From: Dimorphilus gyrociliatus
Lineage: Eukaryota > Animalia > Annelida
Direction of reading: 5' to 3'
NCBI GenBank assembly: GCA_904063045.1
Contig: CAJFCJ010000002.1
Span: 3,963,891 to 4,027,890 of the forward strand
Length of the DNA stretch: 64,000 nt
Part shown: positions 24,903 to 36,100 of the stretch, piece after piece
Numbering within the stretch: position 1 is the first letter of the stretch
How the letters are laid out: the number at the start of each line of letters is the position of its first letter
Position numbers and translations under genes: made by a program
Notes under the pieces: generated by a model
Seen by the model: only the letters and a program-made list of their open reading frames with translations
Databases searched by the model: none
Told to the model about the DNA's origin: nothing

Positions 24903-27062
24903 TCAGACGCAAAATCTCTTAGCCGGAGGTCCTTTATAATCTACCTGCTCCCTTTTCCTTTTTTTTTCTGGAAGCTCATTTGGCTTGATTGGTTCTTCTT
25001 GCTTTATATTATTTGTCTTTATTGGTTCTATTTGCTCTGATTCATTCACTTCAATTTTCACTGAGTTTCTTTTCAAGAGATCAGATTCAAATTGTGTTAT
25101 TCTCGTCAATTTAACCGTACACTTTCTTAAATACGTTTTTGCATGCTCCAGAAAATGCTTATTGTTTAAAAATATCTTCTTACAAATTGGACAACTTTGC
25201 AATTTGCTCTCATGCATTTCTTTATAATGCTTATTCTTAGTTTTTTCATTTAGGAAAAAGGTTGAGCATAAGGAACATTGAAACCCATGCATAATTTTTT
25301 TATGCTTAAGTAATGTCGCATTTGACTTGAAAGAAACTTTGCATGTTTCACATTTATACTTTGAAAGGTTCTCTTTAGGAGGTGGCTTGCTAGATCCTTC
25401 CACTGAAGATCCAGGGAAAATTAGCTTGACACCGTTGTTACAAGCATGGCACTCTTCCTCGTCAAATACAGTTTTCAATGCTAAACCATGACTTTTAAGC
25501 ATATGTTTCATCATCTCTTCAGTTTGTTGATTACAGATTAAACAACTGAGAATAAAATGATTATTATTAAATATACACATATTAACAGCAAAATTATTAG
25601 GAATATGCTAACTTGTGAGGATTACTATCAAGTCTTTTTTGACTATCCAACAATGTTTGAGCAGCTTTCTCTGCAGAGAGTGTATGACCTTGAGAGCAAT
25701 TCGAAATTGACAAAAGTAGCTTTTTCCTGTGTTCTATTAGACCTGCTTCCGACCAAAATTTTCTACGGCATAAATCACAGGAGAATGGGGCAGTAATCAT
25801 ATCAGAGAATGCTTCTGTTATTTCTATTTGATGATTCTGTTGTAAATGTTGAAACAAGGCCTTTCTATTAGATAATTGCAATTCACATATTTCACAAGTT
25901 TCTATTTCAGTTTTTGTCTGAATACAGGGGCCGTGTTGTACAATTGCAGCTGATTCGGACGTTGTTGGTATTACGTCTATAAAATGTACTTTAGTTACGT
26001 CTGTGTGTCGAACGGTTTATCTATTATTTCTTTTACCTGATTGTTTATTTTCTGAAATTATTTCAACAGCTCTTTCAGGACTTGCTTTACAGAGATTTTT
26101 GTCAACTGTAGACACTTTTTGATCGTTTCGTCTAATGTATTTATTCGGTACATCTTCATCAATAGGTTCAAGAAACTATAAAGAAACAGAGCAATATAAT
26201 TTATGAATAAACTAGATAAAATACTACCTTAAACGAACAATTCTGAAGGTGTTTTGCCATATCGTTGTAAAAATAAGTTGAAAAACTGCAGTCACTACAA
26301 TTCATTATATTATTTGGTAAACATTTCTGCTGCTTAACACAGTGACTTGTCGTCATATGAATTTTCCAATCATTTGAATTAATGAATACATTTCCACAGA
26401 TAGCACATAAAGGCTGCTTTAGAGTGTTCTTATGTGGGATTTCTTGATGATGTCGCAGCAAACTGACAAAGGATGTTTTGAATGAACAACTGTCACATGA
26501 AAATTTGTTTTCCATACTCTCAGAGAATAGTTTACTGTAGGTCTTAATTCTTGACACTTCCATTTTATTCAAAAATGTTCTTTGAATGGAATGTCTCTCA
26601 GTTAGACACATAGAAGAGCCAATTTTAACAATAATTTCGCGAGCTGAATCTTTGTGGGTAAATATCTTGGATGTAATAGATGCTTTCGGAATATGTTTTC
26701 TTTTTTTCAATTCGCCCGCCATTGGCGGGACAATTTCAGGAATGTTTGACTTTTCATTCAATTTAGGTTTGCAGTTGGCTTTCCTAATATCCATCTCCAC
26801 CCGACCCTATGATGAATTTATAATAGATTAAACTTAAACAATACACTTTAGAAGTTGATAAAACGTATGTTCCTTGTATCAAGCAACTAAATCAGGAGTA
26901 TTATGTAATATACAAGTAACTAGAAAGTTGCTCGAGGAAAAATTTTACCAATATATTCTTAGTAAGATTAACAGTTTATTATATTACAATACTCACTGTA
27001 TTATTCACTTGGGCATTACCAATATTCTTTAATGGCGACTTGGTCGATGTTTCATTAACCAT
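24903..27062 (-). CDS. Multi-C2H2 zinc-finger protein, about 596 aa, several degenerate fingers
   Basis: Exons 27062-26997, 26806-26228, 26175-26037, 25976-25613, 25545-24903 join in frame. About 10 CxxC..H..H/C units (e.g. CETCKVSFKSNATLLKHKKIMH) and a C-terminal basic NLS-like stretch (KKRKR..KRF). Confidence 0.82.
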
Positions 27063-27629
27063 GTTTCAACTGTTTCAAATAAAATATCAGTTTTAAATAT
27101 CTTACAACTTGTAGTAAAGTATTGTCAGATAAAACCTAATTTAAAACTTTAATAGATATGTAGAGTACGGTTGCCACTAATAGCAAACATTGAACGTTCA
27201 TAGTCAGTTAAAAAAGTAGTTTTTATTTAATTATGTTTAAAAATAACTGAATAAAGAGCACACATAAACGGCGTGAATAAAAAAAGTTGGAAATAAAAGT
27301 TCTAATATAATTAACTTACTAATTTAGTCTTTGCGTTTCAAGAAAACGAATAATTTACCTTTTATCTATTCTGCTTTCAGCGATTTATGAAAAAACCAGA
27401 GATTTGAGTTCAGATGAAATCAAAAAGCCCGGAGAGTGAGGTACGCACTGAATATTTTTTTAAAGTTCAATTGTTTTAATTTTTTTTTAATTTTGTTAAA
27501 TATGGTTAAAATTTTTATTTTAAATATAAATAGGGAAAATAAAAAAGTAATCTTTACCACGCATTATTGCTAAAAACACTCTATAAACTGCGGATTTATA
27601 TATGTACTGTTTTGTTGTTTAGCGCCTAA

Positions 27630-28259
27630 ATGACGAACTTAGCTAATCCTTCACAACTTCTACCTCTTGGTAAATTATTTTGAATTACCCAGAATCAGTA
27701 TGATTCAAGTTACTTATAACTATTGCTATTTCGGGTGCTATCGCTTTCGAAGACGATTATTACAACACCGGTTCTCTTAGTAGCGGGCGATATTGAGTGT
27801 ATTTTCTTTACAGAATTGGTGGATAAATGTATTGGATCGAAAATTCACGTCATTTTAAAATCTGATCGGGAAGTTGTTGGAATTTTCCTAGGTTTTGACG
27901 ATTTTGTCAGTAAGTATTTTTGTAAAATAAAAAGTTTCATATACGATGAAAATAAATTATTTTCTATTTTCTTTTAGATATGGTTCTGGAAGATGTCACT
28001 GAATTGTAAGTTAATGAAATATAGCAAATTATTTTTCTCTTGAAATATAGGTTTGCCATATATTTAAATATATGACTAAAGTTTTGTGTAACTTAGTGAA
28101 ACAACATCCGAGGGAAGAAGAGTTACCCGACTTGATAAAATATTACTTAATGGAAATAATATTGCTATGGTAATATTCTCTTTTTAAAATTAATGATTTT
28201 ATTTATTAAATATAAACTCTTTGCAGTTAGTACCCGGGGGTGAAGGACCAGAAATATAA
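27630..28259 (+). CDS. LSM5: U6 snRNA-associated Sm-like protein LSm5
   Basis: Exons 27630-27669, 27814-27909, 27978-28005, 28097-28169, 28227-28259 give NPSQLLPLELVDKCIGSKIH..GFDDFVNMVLEDVTEFE..LLNGNNIAMLVPGGEGPEI. Confidence 0.96.
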
Positions 28260-28443
28260 TTTTTGTTGAATGTTGTAAACTACGTGACTGCCTCTGGAGT
28301 CTCATGTAAAAGTTGTAAAGTTAAATACAATTAAGAAAAAATAAGTGTATTTTAACCTTGTTTCCCTTTCCTGAGTATTTTACTCATTCGCTGAATAAGT
28401 TATTATATATACAGGATATAACTAACAATGACTCTTATCCACA

Positions 28444-28499
28444 AACCGGTCATTTTACCTCTTTACAATGAAACCGGTTAATCAAGAACATAACCGGTT
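28444..28499. promoter_or_regulatory. Cluster of three Grainyhead/CP2-type sites upstream of the myosin light chain
   Basis: AACCGGTC (28444), AACCGGTT (28472), AACCGGTT (28492); Inr-like TCAGTT at 28518. Confidence 0.5.
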
Positions 28500-28555
28500 T
28501 CTGCCATATAACTTTCTTCAGTTTCTTCCGCATTTTCATAAATTTTTAAAAGACA

Positions 28556-29632
28556 ATGGTATTTATGTTTGAAATCAAACGAACAATCAAAGTATTAACA
28601 ATCATTTTTTGTATTGTGTTACTTACAGGCCAAATTAACAGACGATCAAGTAAATGGTACGGTATAAAAGACTCATATGTACATGTATATATACTGTATA
28701 TATATATATAGTAGAGATTTATGCAGTATATATACATATATGTATTTATATATATACATATATATAATTAAGTTTTGTACGGAAGTCGCAAATATGATTA
28801 ATTTCACCTACAGAATATCACGAAATTTTCTTACTATTCGACACTGTTGGTGATAATAAAATAGCTGGATCCCAATTAGGCGAAGTTCTTAGAGCTATGG
28901 GACAAAATCCAACAGAAAGTGATGTAAGAAAGTGTTTGAAAGATCGAAATATCAGGTTAAGTTTTGAGCAATTTTTGCCTATTTTAACTGGTATTTCCAA
29001 GACAAGGCCACATAATACTCTTGAGGAGTTCACAGAAGGTTTTAAGGTGAGAATATCTAGCATATTTACCTATTACCTGACTACAATTTTAACAATGGTA
29101 GCATATTCACGTTAACAGTATTACAAATACGTATACTTTACATCTTCCCAGGGGACCAACCCCGTCAAATATAGTGTATTATTAGTGTATTATTGAACAA
29201 GAAAAGAAATAGTAAATTTATGATAGGAATAGATCAGCAGTTATCAAATTTAGATAAACATAATTTCTAAGTTATCATATTAAGAAAACGATATTTTCAA
29301 ACAAATAATGCTTTATTCTAATTTATAACAAATAAAAAAAGCTATTTATTTCAATAATAAATATATTTATTTCAAAATTTAATAGGTCTTTGACAAGGAA
29401 CAAAATGGTACTATCAGTTCAGCAGAACTAAGACATTTATTAACCCATTTGGGTGATAAACTGTCGGATGATGAAGTTGAGCAATTACTTATGGGTCACG
29501 AAGATCCTCAAGGAAATGTTAACTATGAAAGTATGACATAAATTTTACATACATTGTTTTTCAGAGTGTATAGTTAAACTATAACATTTTTCAGATTTCG
29601 TAAGAGCAATTGTAGGAGGTGGCAACCTTTAA
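28556..29632 (+). CDS. MYL6: Myosin essential (alkali) light chain, non-muscle type (MYL6/Mlc-c-like)
   Basis: ATG-only exon 28556-28558, then 28629-28656, 28814-29047, 29386-29530, 29595-29632. Motifs [48 protein letters not shown]. Confidence 0.92.
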
Positions 29633-31520
29633 AAAAAACAAGAAAAAACACTCAATGCATGCTTTCGACTTAAAAGAATTATAGAGTAGATTTACTAATA
29701 GAACTACATACAAGGCATTTTAAACTTCTACTATCCAATTTGGTCTTTCTCTTTAAATAATAGAAAGTAATATTCCACATATTTGTGTAGATATTTTTTT
29801 TAAAAATAAACTATAAATCAATTTTTAACAATTTTTCTCAATTTTTCATTAATAACTTTATAATACTTTTGTCAAAGTTGACTGCTCTGATTGAAAGTTC
29901 AATTCTTATTTCGTTTTTATGTCTTTTGAATACATATCTTGAAGGTAGATATAATAGCCATATTACCATTTATTGCTGAGTAGATATGATAAGAAAAATT
30001 ATTTGATTGTTTATCAGAGGACTGGTATAGCGCTACTGATTTAAGGATAAACGACAATACAATTAAAAGCATTTTACAGCCTTTCTCTCATCAATTTTAT
30101 TATAAATAAATATTTATTACTTCTGAATTTGAACAGTTTTTTGGACTTTACATAGAATTCTCCCTACCATCAATCAATCATATAATTCGTTATCATTTTA
30201 GCAATGATCAATATCGAATATTCTACCATTAGTTTTTCATTTACGAAAAATTCGGCTAAATACTCAAATCTCTTCCTTTCCACTTATATTTTCTACGATT
30301 TCGACACACAAATGGATTTTATCCATTGCTAAAGTGTATCCTATTTTCCTTAAGGGACTAATTTTCATCATATTATATACAATCTATACATTATATATAT
30401 AGTATATATGACATGTCTCTAAAGAAGTGAAGTGATCTTTTATGTGACATTCCTGTTAAAAATATCTAACAAATATTCCTTTAAAATACGTAATTTAGGA
30501 TCGCGGCTACGCGAATATATTTCCCACGAGCTAAAGTCAGATGATAAATGGGAACAATAATAAAAAAACTAATAAAAATTTCTAATTTATACACTATGTA
30601 CGCTGCGATCAAACATAAACTAGATGATACAATAACTAAAGCAACGATCAAATATAAGTTTTCCAATTAATACTATTATTTCTATGGATTTTATGTGAAA
30701 AACGTATATTATTAGTATAATGATTATGAGCTCTTAGCTAATTACTATTACTCAATTCGACGAGAATGTTCCGAAACAACCAATATTGATGGAATTGTTT
30801 GCTATGAATTTATAATAATATGTTAACGCGTATTTTCCCATATCCTATATAAATGCAAATTCATTGTAAACATATATGCAGTATGGTGAAATTTATAATG
30901 TTAATATGTTCTTTTACTCTTCTTCTCTCTATGCCTAGCTCTCTAAAAAGTAGTACAGATAAACTATTTTACAACAAGAATTCATTATTTATCTTAATAA
31001 ATACATTACGAAAAGCAGTATTATATGTTGTTTTTTTTTCTCATTTATTTTTAAGGCTTTTATTTAGTTCATTAAGGCCTAAAGCTTCTAACAAGTAATT
31101 TAGGAAATCTCTTGTTCCATTAGTATATTTATTAAAGAATTTACATTATTTACACATTTTCTTTATTTAATTTTTATAAGAAAATATTACAGAATTTAAG
31201 GCAAATAATTTAAAACATTTAATTAATTGAGAGAATATTTTCTAGTTATTTTTAATCTCTGTAATCCTTATGATTCCTTTTTGTATTATTCAAAATTCGG
31301 AATTTCCGCCAATTATTTAACCTTGACATTTAACTGTCATGCTATTTCCTTAAATATTAAGATCCTGTTTTAAGCGTTCGCTTAAGAAAATCCTCAACTG
31401 GATAATAAAAATTCAATATAAATACTTATAAGATCTATTTGATTCTGATAATAATTTAAGCAATCCTTTTAAGTAATTGTAAAATCGTCATATTGCCTAT
31501 CTCCCCAATTATCGCTAATC

Positions 31521-32747
31521 ATGTCGAAAGATAAACGAGATCGCTACAAAAATTTCAATCCAACGGTAAGAGTTATTTTAAAATATGAATGTTTCATTGA
31601 TAGAGTTTGCTATAAAATGATTTTTAGTTAAGCATGCGAGGTTTACAAGGACGTATTTCTGTAAAACAATTGAAAACTTTCGCGAAGGCTTCAGCACAAT
31701 CGTCAACGATAGGTAAAGAGAGATATAAATGGTCTAAATCCAATAGTGTTTTTTATATCAATAATTTTTAATATTGTTTGATTACAGTGGATCCGTACAG
31801 TTGTGAATCACAGCAACTTACCCTTTCCCAATTAGTTGATGAAGCAAAACCTAAATCTATGCAATTGGTAAAGATTTTTCATTTTATTTTCCATTTTAAC
31901 AAAATTACTATCTCTTATAGCTTGAGAAGAAATATGCAAGATTGAACAAAAGAGAACATTTCAAACAAAAAGCTCTTGAAGCAAAAAAAAACTCATCATC
32001 TAAAAAATCAGGTTATCTGGTATATTGTAAACATTACAAGAATAGAAGATGTTCAAAGTCGCCCTGCCCTTTTATGCACAAAGAATATCCGTGTAAACAT
32101 TATCATCTTTACAGTAAGTGCGCATACGGTGATGAGTGTTTATTCACTCATGAAGGATTAACAAAAGATGGCTATCTAGCTCTACAAAAGGTGATGCTCT
32201 AAATTTTAATAATTTCAACATAGTATTCGAACAATTCCCCTATAGCTTAAAGAAAAGCCTAATGAAGATGCTGAAAACTTTAGTGAGCCTGAAGAAGAGA
32301 TGAAAACTGAAGAAACTGACGCTGTCGACATTAATTCATTTTACGGGGGAAGCTACTCCGTTGGGAAGAAAGTAGAAGACAAAAATTCTGACGAAAAGAA
32401 TAAAGGAGAAGAAACCGAGCCTAAATCAGGAAAACTTATTCATATACAACCAAAACCAATTCCATCAGCTATAGTTGCAGATGTACGTAAAATATCTTAA
32501 CTTACAAAAACTACGATAAAATTTTCCATATTATTTAGAAAATCCCGGAAAAGAGAAAGAACACTGCAGAGTATTTGAATTATACTAAAACTGACGTTGA
32601 TAATGAGAGTTATAACGTAAGTAACAATAATTTGTTTAAAGCTTTTTTATCTTTATTATTATACAGCAACTCGAAAAGAAGCCCAAGTTCTCGTCCTTGG
32701 ATGACGTTCTACAACAAACTCTTGGGCAAATATCAAAGAAGTGGTAA
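31521..32747 (+). CDS. CCCH zinc-finger protein (ZC3H8/ZC3H4/6-like), about 291 aa
   Basis: Seven exons (31521-31565, 31628-31712, 31788-31867, 31921-32190, 32246-32482, 32539-32616, 32667-32747) join in frame. Tandem CKHYKNRRC..CPFMH and EYPCKHYHLYSKCAYGDECLFTH resemble the 2nd and 3rd fingers of this family. Confidence 0.78.
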
Positions 32748-33149
32748 TAGAATGATACCGACAGACAAATAAAATCATGCATTTAAAGATGGAACCTTAC
32801 AACGGAGTCATGTTTACACTTTTTTTAATATAAATTTAGTCACGTGTGCCTAAATTCTCTGTTATCTTCAATAAGAAAAATGTTAAACATAAAAAGGACA
32901 GGAGTTATTATTTCAAGAAATTTTTAGATAAACCTGTAGTGTAAGGATAAAAAACAAAGCTTGTTTTTTTAAATGCTTTTAATAATTTATCATGTTATAT
33001 TTATTCCTATTACATTTAATCACAATTTATGATCAAAAAACAAATTAGGCACTGTATAACAATCATGCAGTTCCGGAAAAAGACTTGTATAATGAACAAT
33101 TATTATTTAAATGACTAAAAAAAAAGAAAAAACTGAAAATCCATCACCA

Positions 33150-36100
33150 TTATTGTGGAACAGGTTCCAGAAAGTCCATTAGTACTAATTTTTCAATATA
33201 TTCTTCGGCTGGTAGAGATTCATCGACAACTTCATCGCATGTCACCAAAGCAAAGGGGGCAGAACGAACGTCTGGAGCTGACTTTGACTTGCTTACGTTT
33301 TGCTGGGTTTGCAATTTATTCGAGGAGAATCGACAACTGTGACTGCGAACTAGGTAATCAATAAAAGGCTGAAGTTCTTGCAAAGAGGTTATTGACTTAA
33401 GTGTTAAAGCTGGCTTTCCTGGAGGTGCGCTTAAGTACTGGTTAGATGGACCAAATTTCTTGTTCATTAAAGTTGACAGTCTGTTTATGTACGGAACAAA
33501 AGCTTCAGATGAGCGCCCAGGTTGGCAGGGAACAAAACTATTCCGGTCTGATTCTTCTCCGATAAAAGCCCATTTATACATGGCGAATTGAGGCAACTTT
33601 TCAGCATTTAACGTCATGCAGAGATCAAGGAGTTTACATGTTGCTAAATATAAGCAGTACCACGCAGGACTCATTATATTCGATAAGGAACCGTTAGTAT
33701 TTATCCAGCTATCCACGCGTCCCGATAGAATTGTCGATCTGCAAATATTGACATATATATTTATACAACGTAGGAAAATAATAGTACAAGAGAAAATATG
33801 ATAAGGTTTCTCTTAAAGATAAAACAAGAAAGGAATAATAGATAAACACAAAAGTTCTTTCCTATTACTGAACAAGGTTTTAATATACATTCCTAAATCA
33901 TTCCTTAAAATAGATAGTTCGTTAAGCAAGTTAAAGCCTGTTCTTTAATTATTTATTTTCTATCCTTCAATCCATCCCCCATAGAAACTCAAATTAAATA
34001 GTTAAAGACACCGTACAGAATGTTACAGTCATATCAATACTATTTTTATATTTAGAATATACGGTTATTAATTGACAATTCGTTTTAATTAAATACCATA
34101 GTAGTTAGTTTAGTATTTGCCGTAGAAATTATCTATACATTATACAGGATATAAATAAATGAAACCAAAAGCCTTGCCATCATGCATATAAGGGGTAGAG
34201 GCTTGTTTTTTTTGGTTTTTGTTTAAAAGTATTTTACCTGCCGTTAACTTTCTTTTTTTCGCTGTTACGTTAGTGCAATATATTATAATCATATGATATA
34301 TTTTGAATCAAACATAATAAATAACTAAAGACTATCAAAATGAAGAGATGAATAGTTTACTAATAAAGCCAGCTTACCTTGAACCTTCTTCACCAATAGG
34401 TGTTAGGTCTTGTTCCATTAATAATAGAACATGTACTATCTCTGTCAGTATAATTGGCCATAGGAGTGTCATTGGTCCCGGTGACATCCTTAATAATAAA
34501 ACCCTCACGGCTAAGAATACTTGAGAATTTAAGTAAGGGGAGTGAATTCTTAAACAGTCTGTTAGTCTTTCTTGAATCTCAGGCATACTAGATTCATATT
34601 GGCCTTCTTCGCTGGAAAATATTACGAATGCCAAGCGTTTCATCAGCATAGCTTTTTGTTCCGCCTCAGCATCCTTAGATGAAAAGATTCCTAATCCTGC
34701 TGACGTACTACCTAAAGGCATTTTTGCAAGTAGTTCTGCAAAAGTTGTTCGATCATGAGTCATTAAATTATCAATAATACTATTCCATGTGGTGGCACAA
34801 GTCAAATCCATCAAGAAGAAGTTAATGTCAAGTAGTAATTCAAAAGTCTCCTTTCTCCAAGCCTTCCTTGTGTACGTGTATTCTGATATCGAAGACAAAA
34901 CCGTTAAACCAGCTCTCAAAGATGGTAAATTGTTCAAAACTCTATGCTTTAAATACGGCAAGACGTTGTGCATCATATTTTGTAAAATTGGAACGGTTTT
35001 CTCCTTTTCGTCAGAAGAGAATGATACATCTAATAAAGGTGCAATAACTTTACCAAGAACAGCTAACGCTGCCACACTATGTCGTCTTTTTTCCGATCTG
35101 GGTGCTTCATCTGTAAAGTATAAATATCGTCAAATATTGAATTGAAACTGTAATATTACACAGGAAAAACCATTCCATCACCCTTCAAGAGAGTAAAAGC
35201 CCCGTTAAGCAGTATTGAAATTATACATAGTTTTTTAAAAGAGTTATTAACGTACTGTTTATTATCTCATGATCTTGGGTTACACCTTTTAAAAATCGTA
35301 TTGAGAATTAACATAACAATAAAAGATTTGCTTACCTGGAGCATCATCCAGAAAATCTTCATCTAAATCAACCTGACGACCTGCTTTAACAACCAGATTT
35401 CTTCTTAACCAAGTTGTCTGCTCTAAGCTGCTTCCGGCAATGGTGCTGATACATTCCAGTACTTTAGAAATAGTTTCTTGTATTTCTTTTCTTTCTTTCT
35501 TTTTTTCCTCACTGGATAAAGATTGACCTATTTTCTCTACAATGTCATTCATGACTAACAAGAAAAGAAAAACTGCTGGAGGAGAAACATTTGGCATCTG
35601 CATAGCATCCTTAAATAATTGAAGGATAACCGTAAGATGTTCCACAAGACAATTTGTAGAGCATTTTCGTATGTATGCAAGGAATAATTGTAAAACAGAC
35701 ACGTCCAATTTTAATATTTTTGAAGTTGATGATAAAGAAGGAGATTTCAATATACCTTTTACAGCCGAAATTAATTCTAAGAGAGGCCATACTTTTACAG
35801 CAAATAGTATATCAACCAAATTAGTTTGATCAGCAGTGAAAATAGGAAACACTTTTCCAGGTTTCTGAGGTTTTTTCGTTGTCCAAACAATAGCGAAAGC
35901 TGACAATAGATGAGTTGGATGCTGTTTGGCTATTGGGCTTACTAATTCTAGTATTGCTGTGCGAACAATCCTTTGAGAGCAAATCTTTTCACTTTTCCAA
36001 ACTGCAGCTATAGCACAAACAACTTTATATAATATTTGCAAGAGCGATTTCCTAGCTTCCTGCAAACCAGTATGAGAAGGTTTTATAGCTGTTCGTTGTA

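Noticed and set aside
29119-29170. 12-nt exon-like pieces in myosin light chain intron 3
   Set aside because: Weak donors, and insertion would break the EF-hand helix (GFK|VFDKE).
30481-30666. 61-aa hydrophobic ORF
   Set aside because: No ATG (TTG start) and no in-frame acceptor. Hydrophobicity is expected from AT-rich DNA.
23900-31500. Reading intergenic frames near 24 kb and 30-31 kb with TAA/TAG as Gln (ciliate-type code) gives long protein-like strings
   Set aside because: TGA depletion is not convincing given six frames and very high AT content, and all flanking genes use TAA/TAG as stops.
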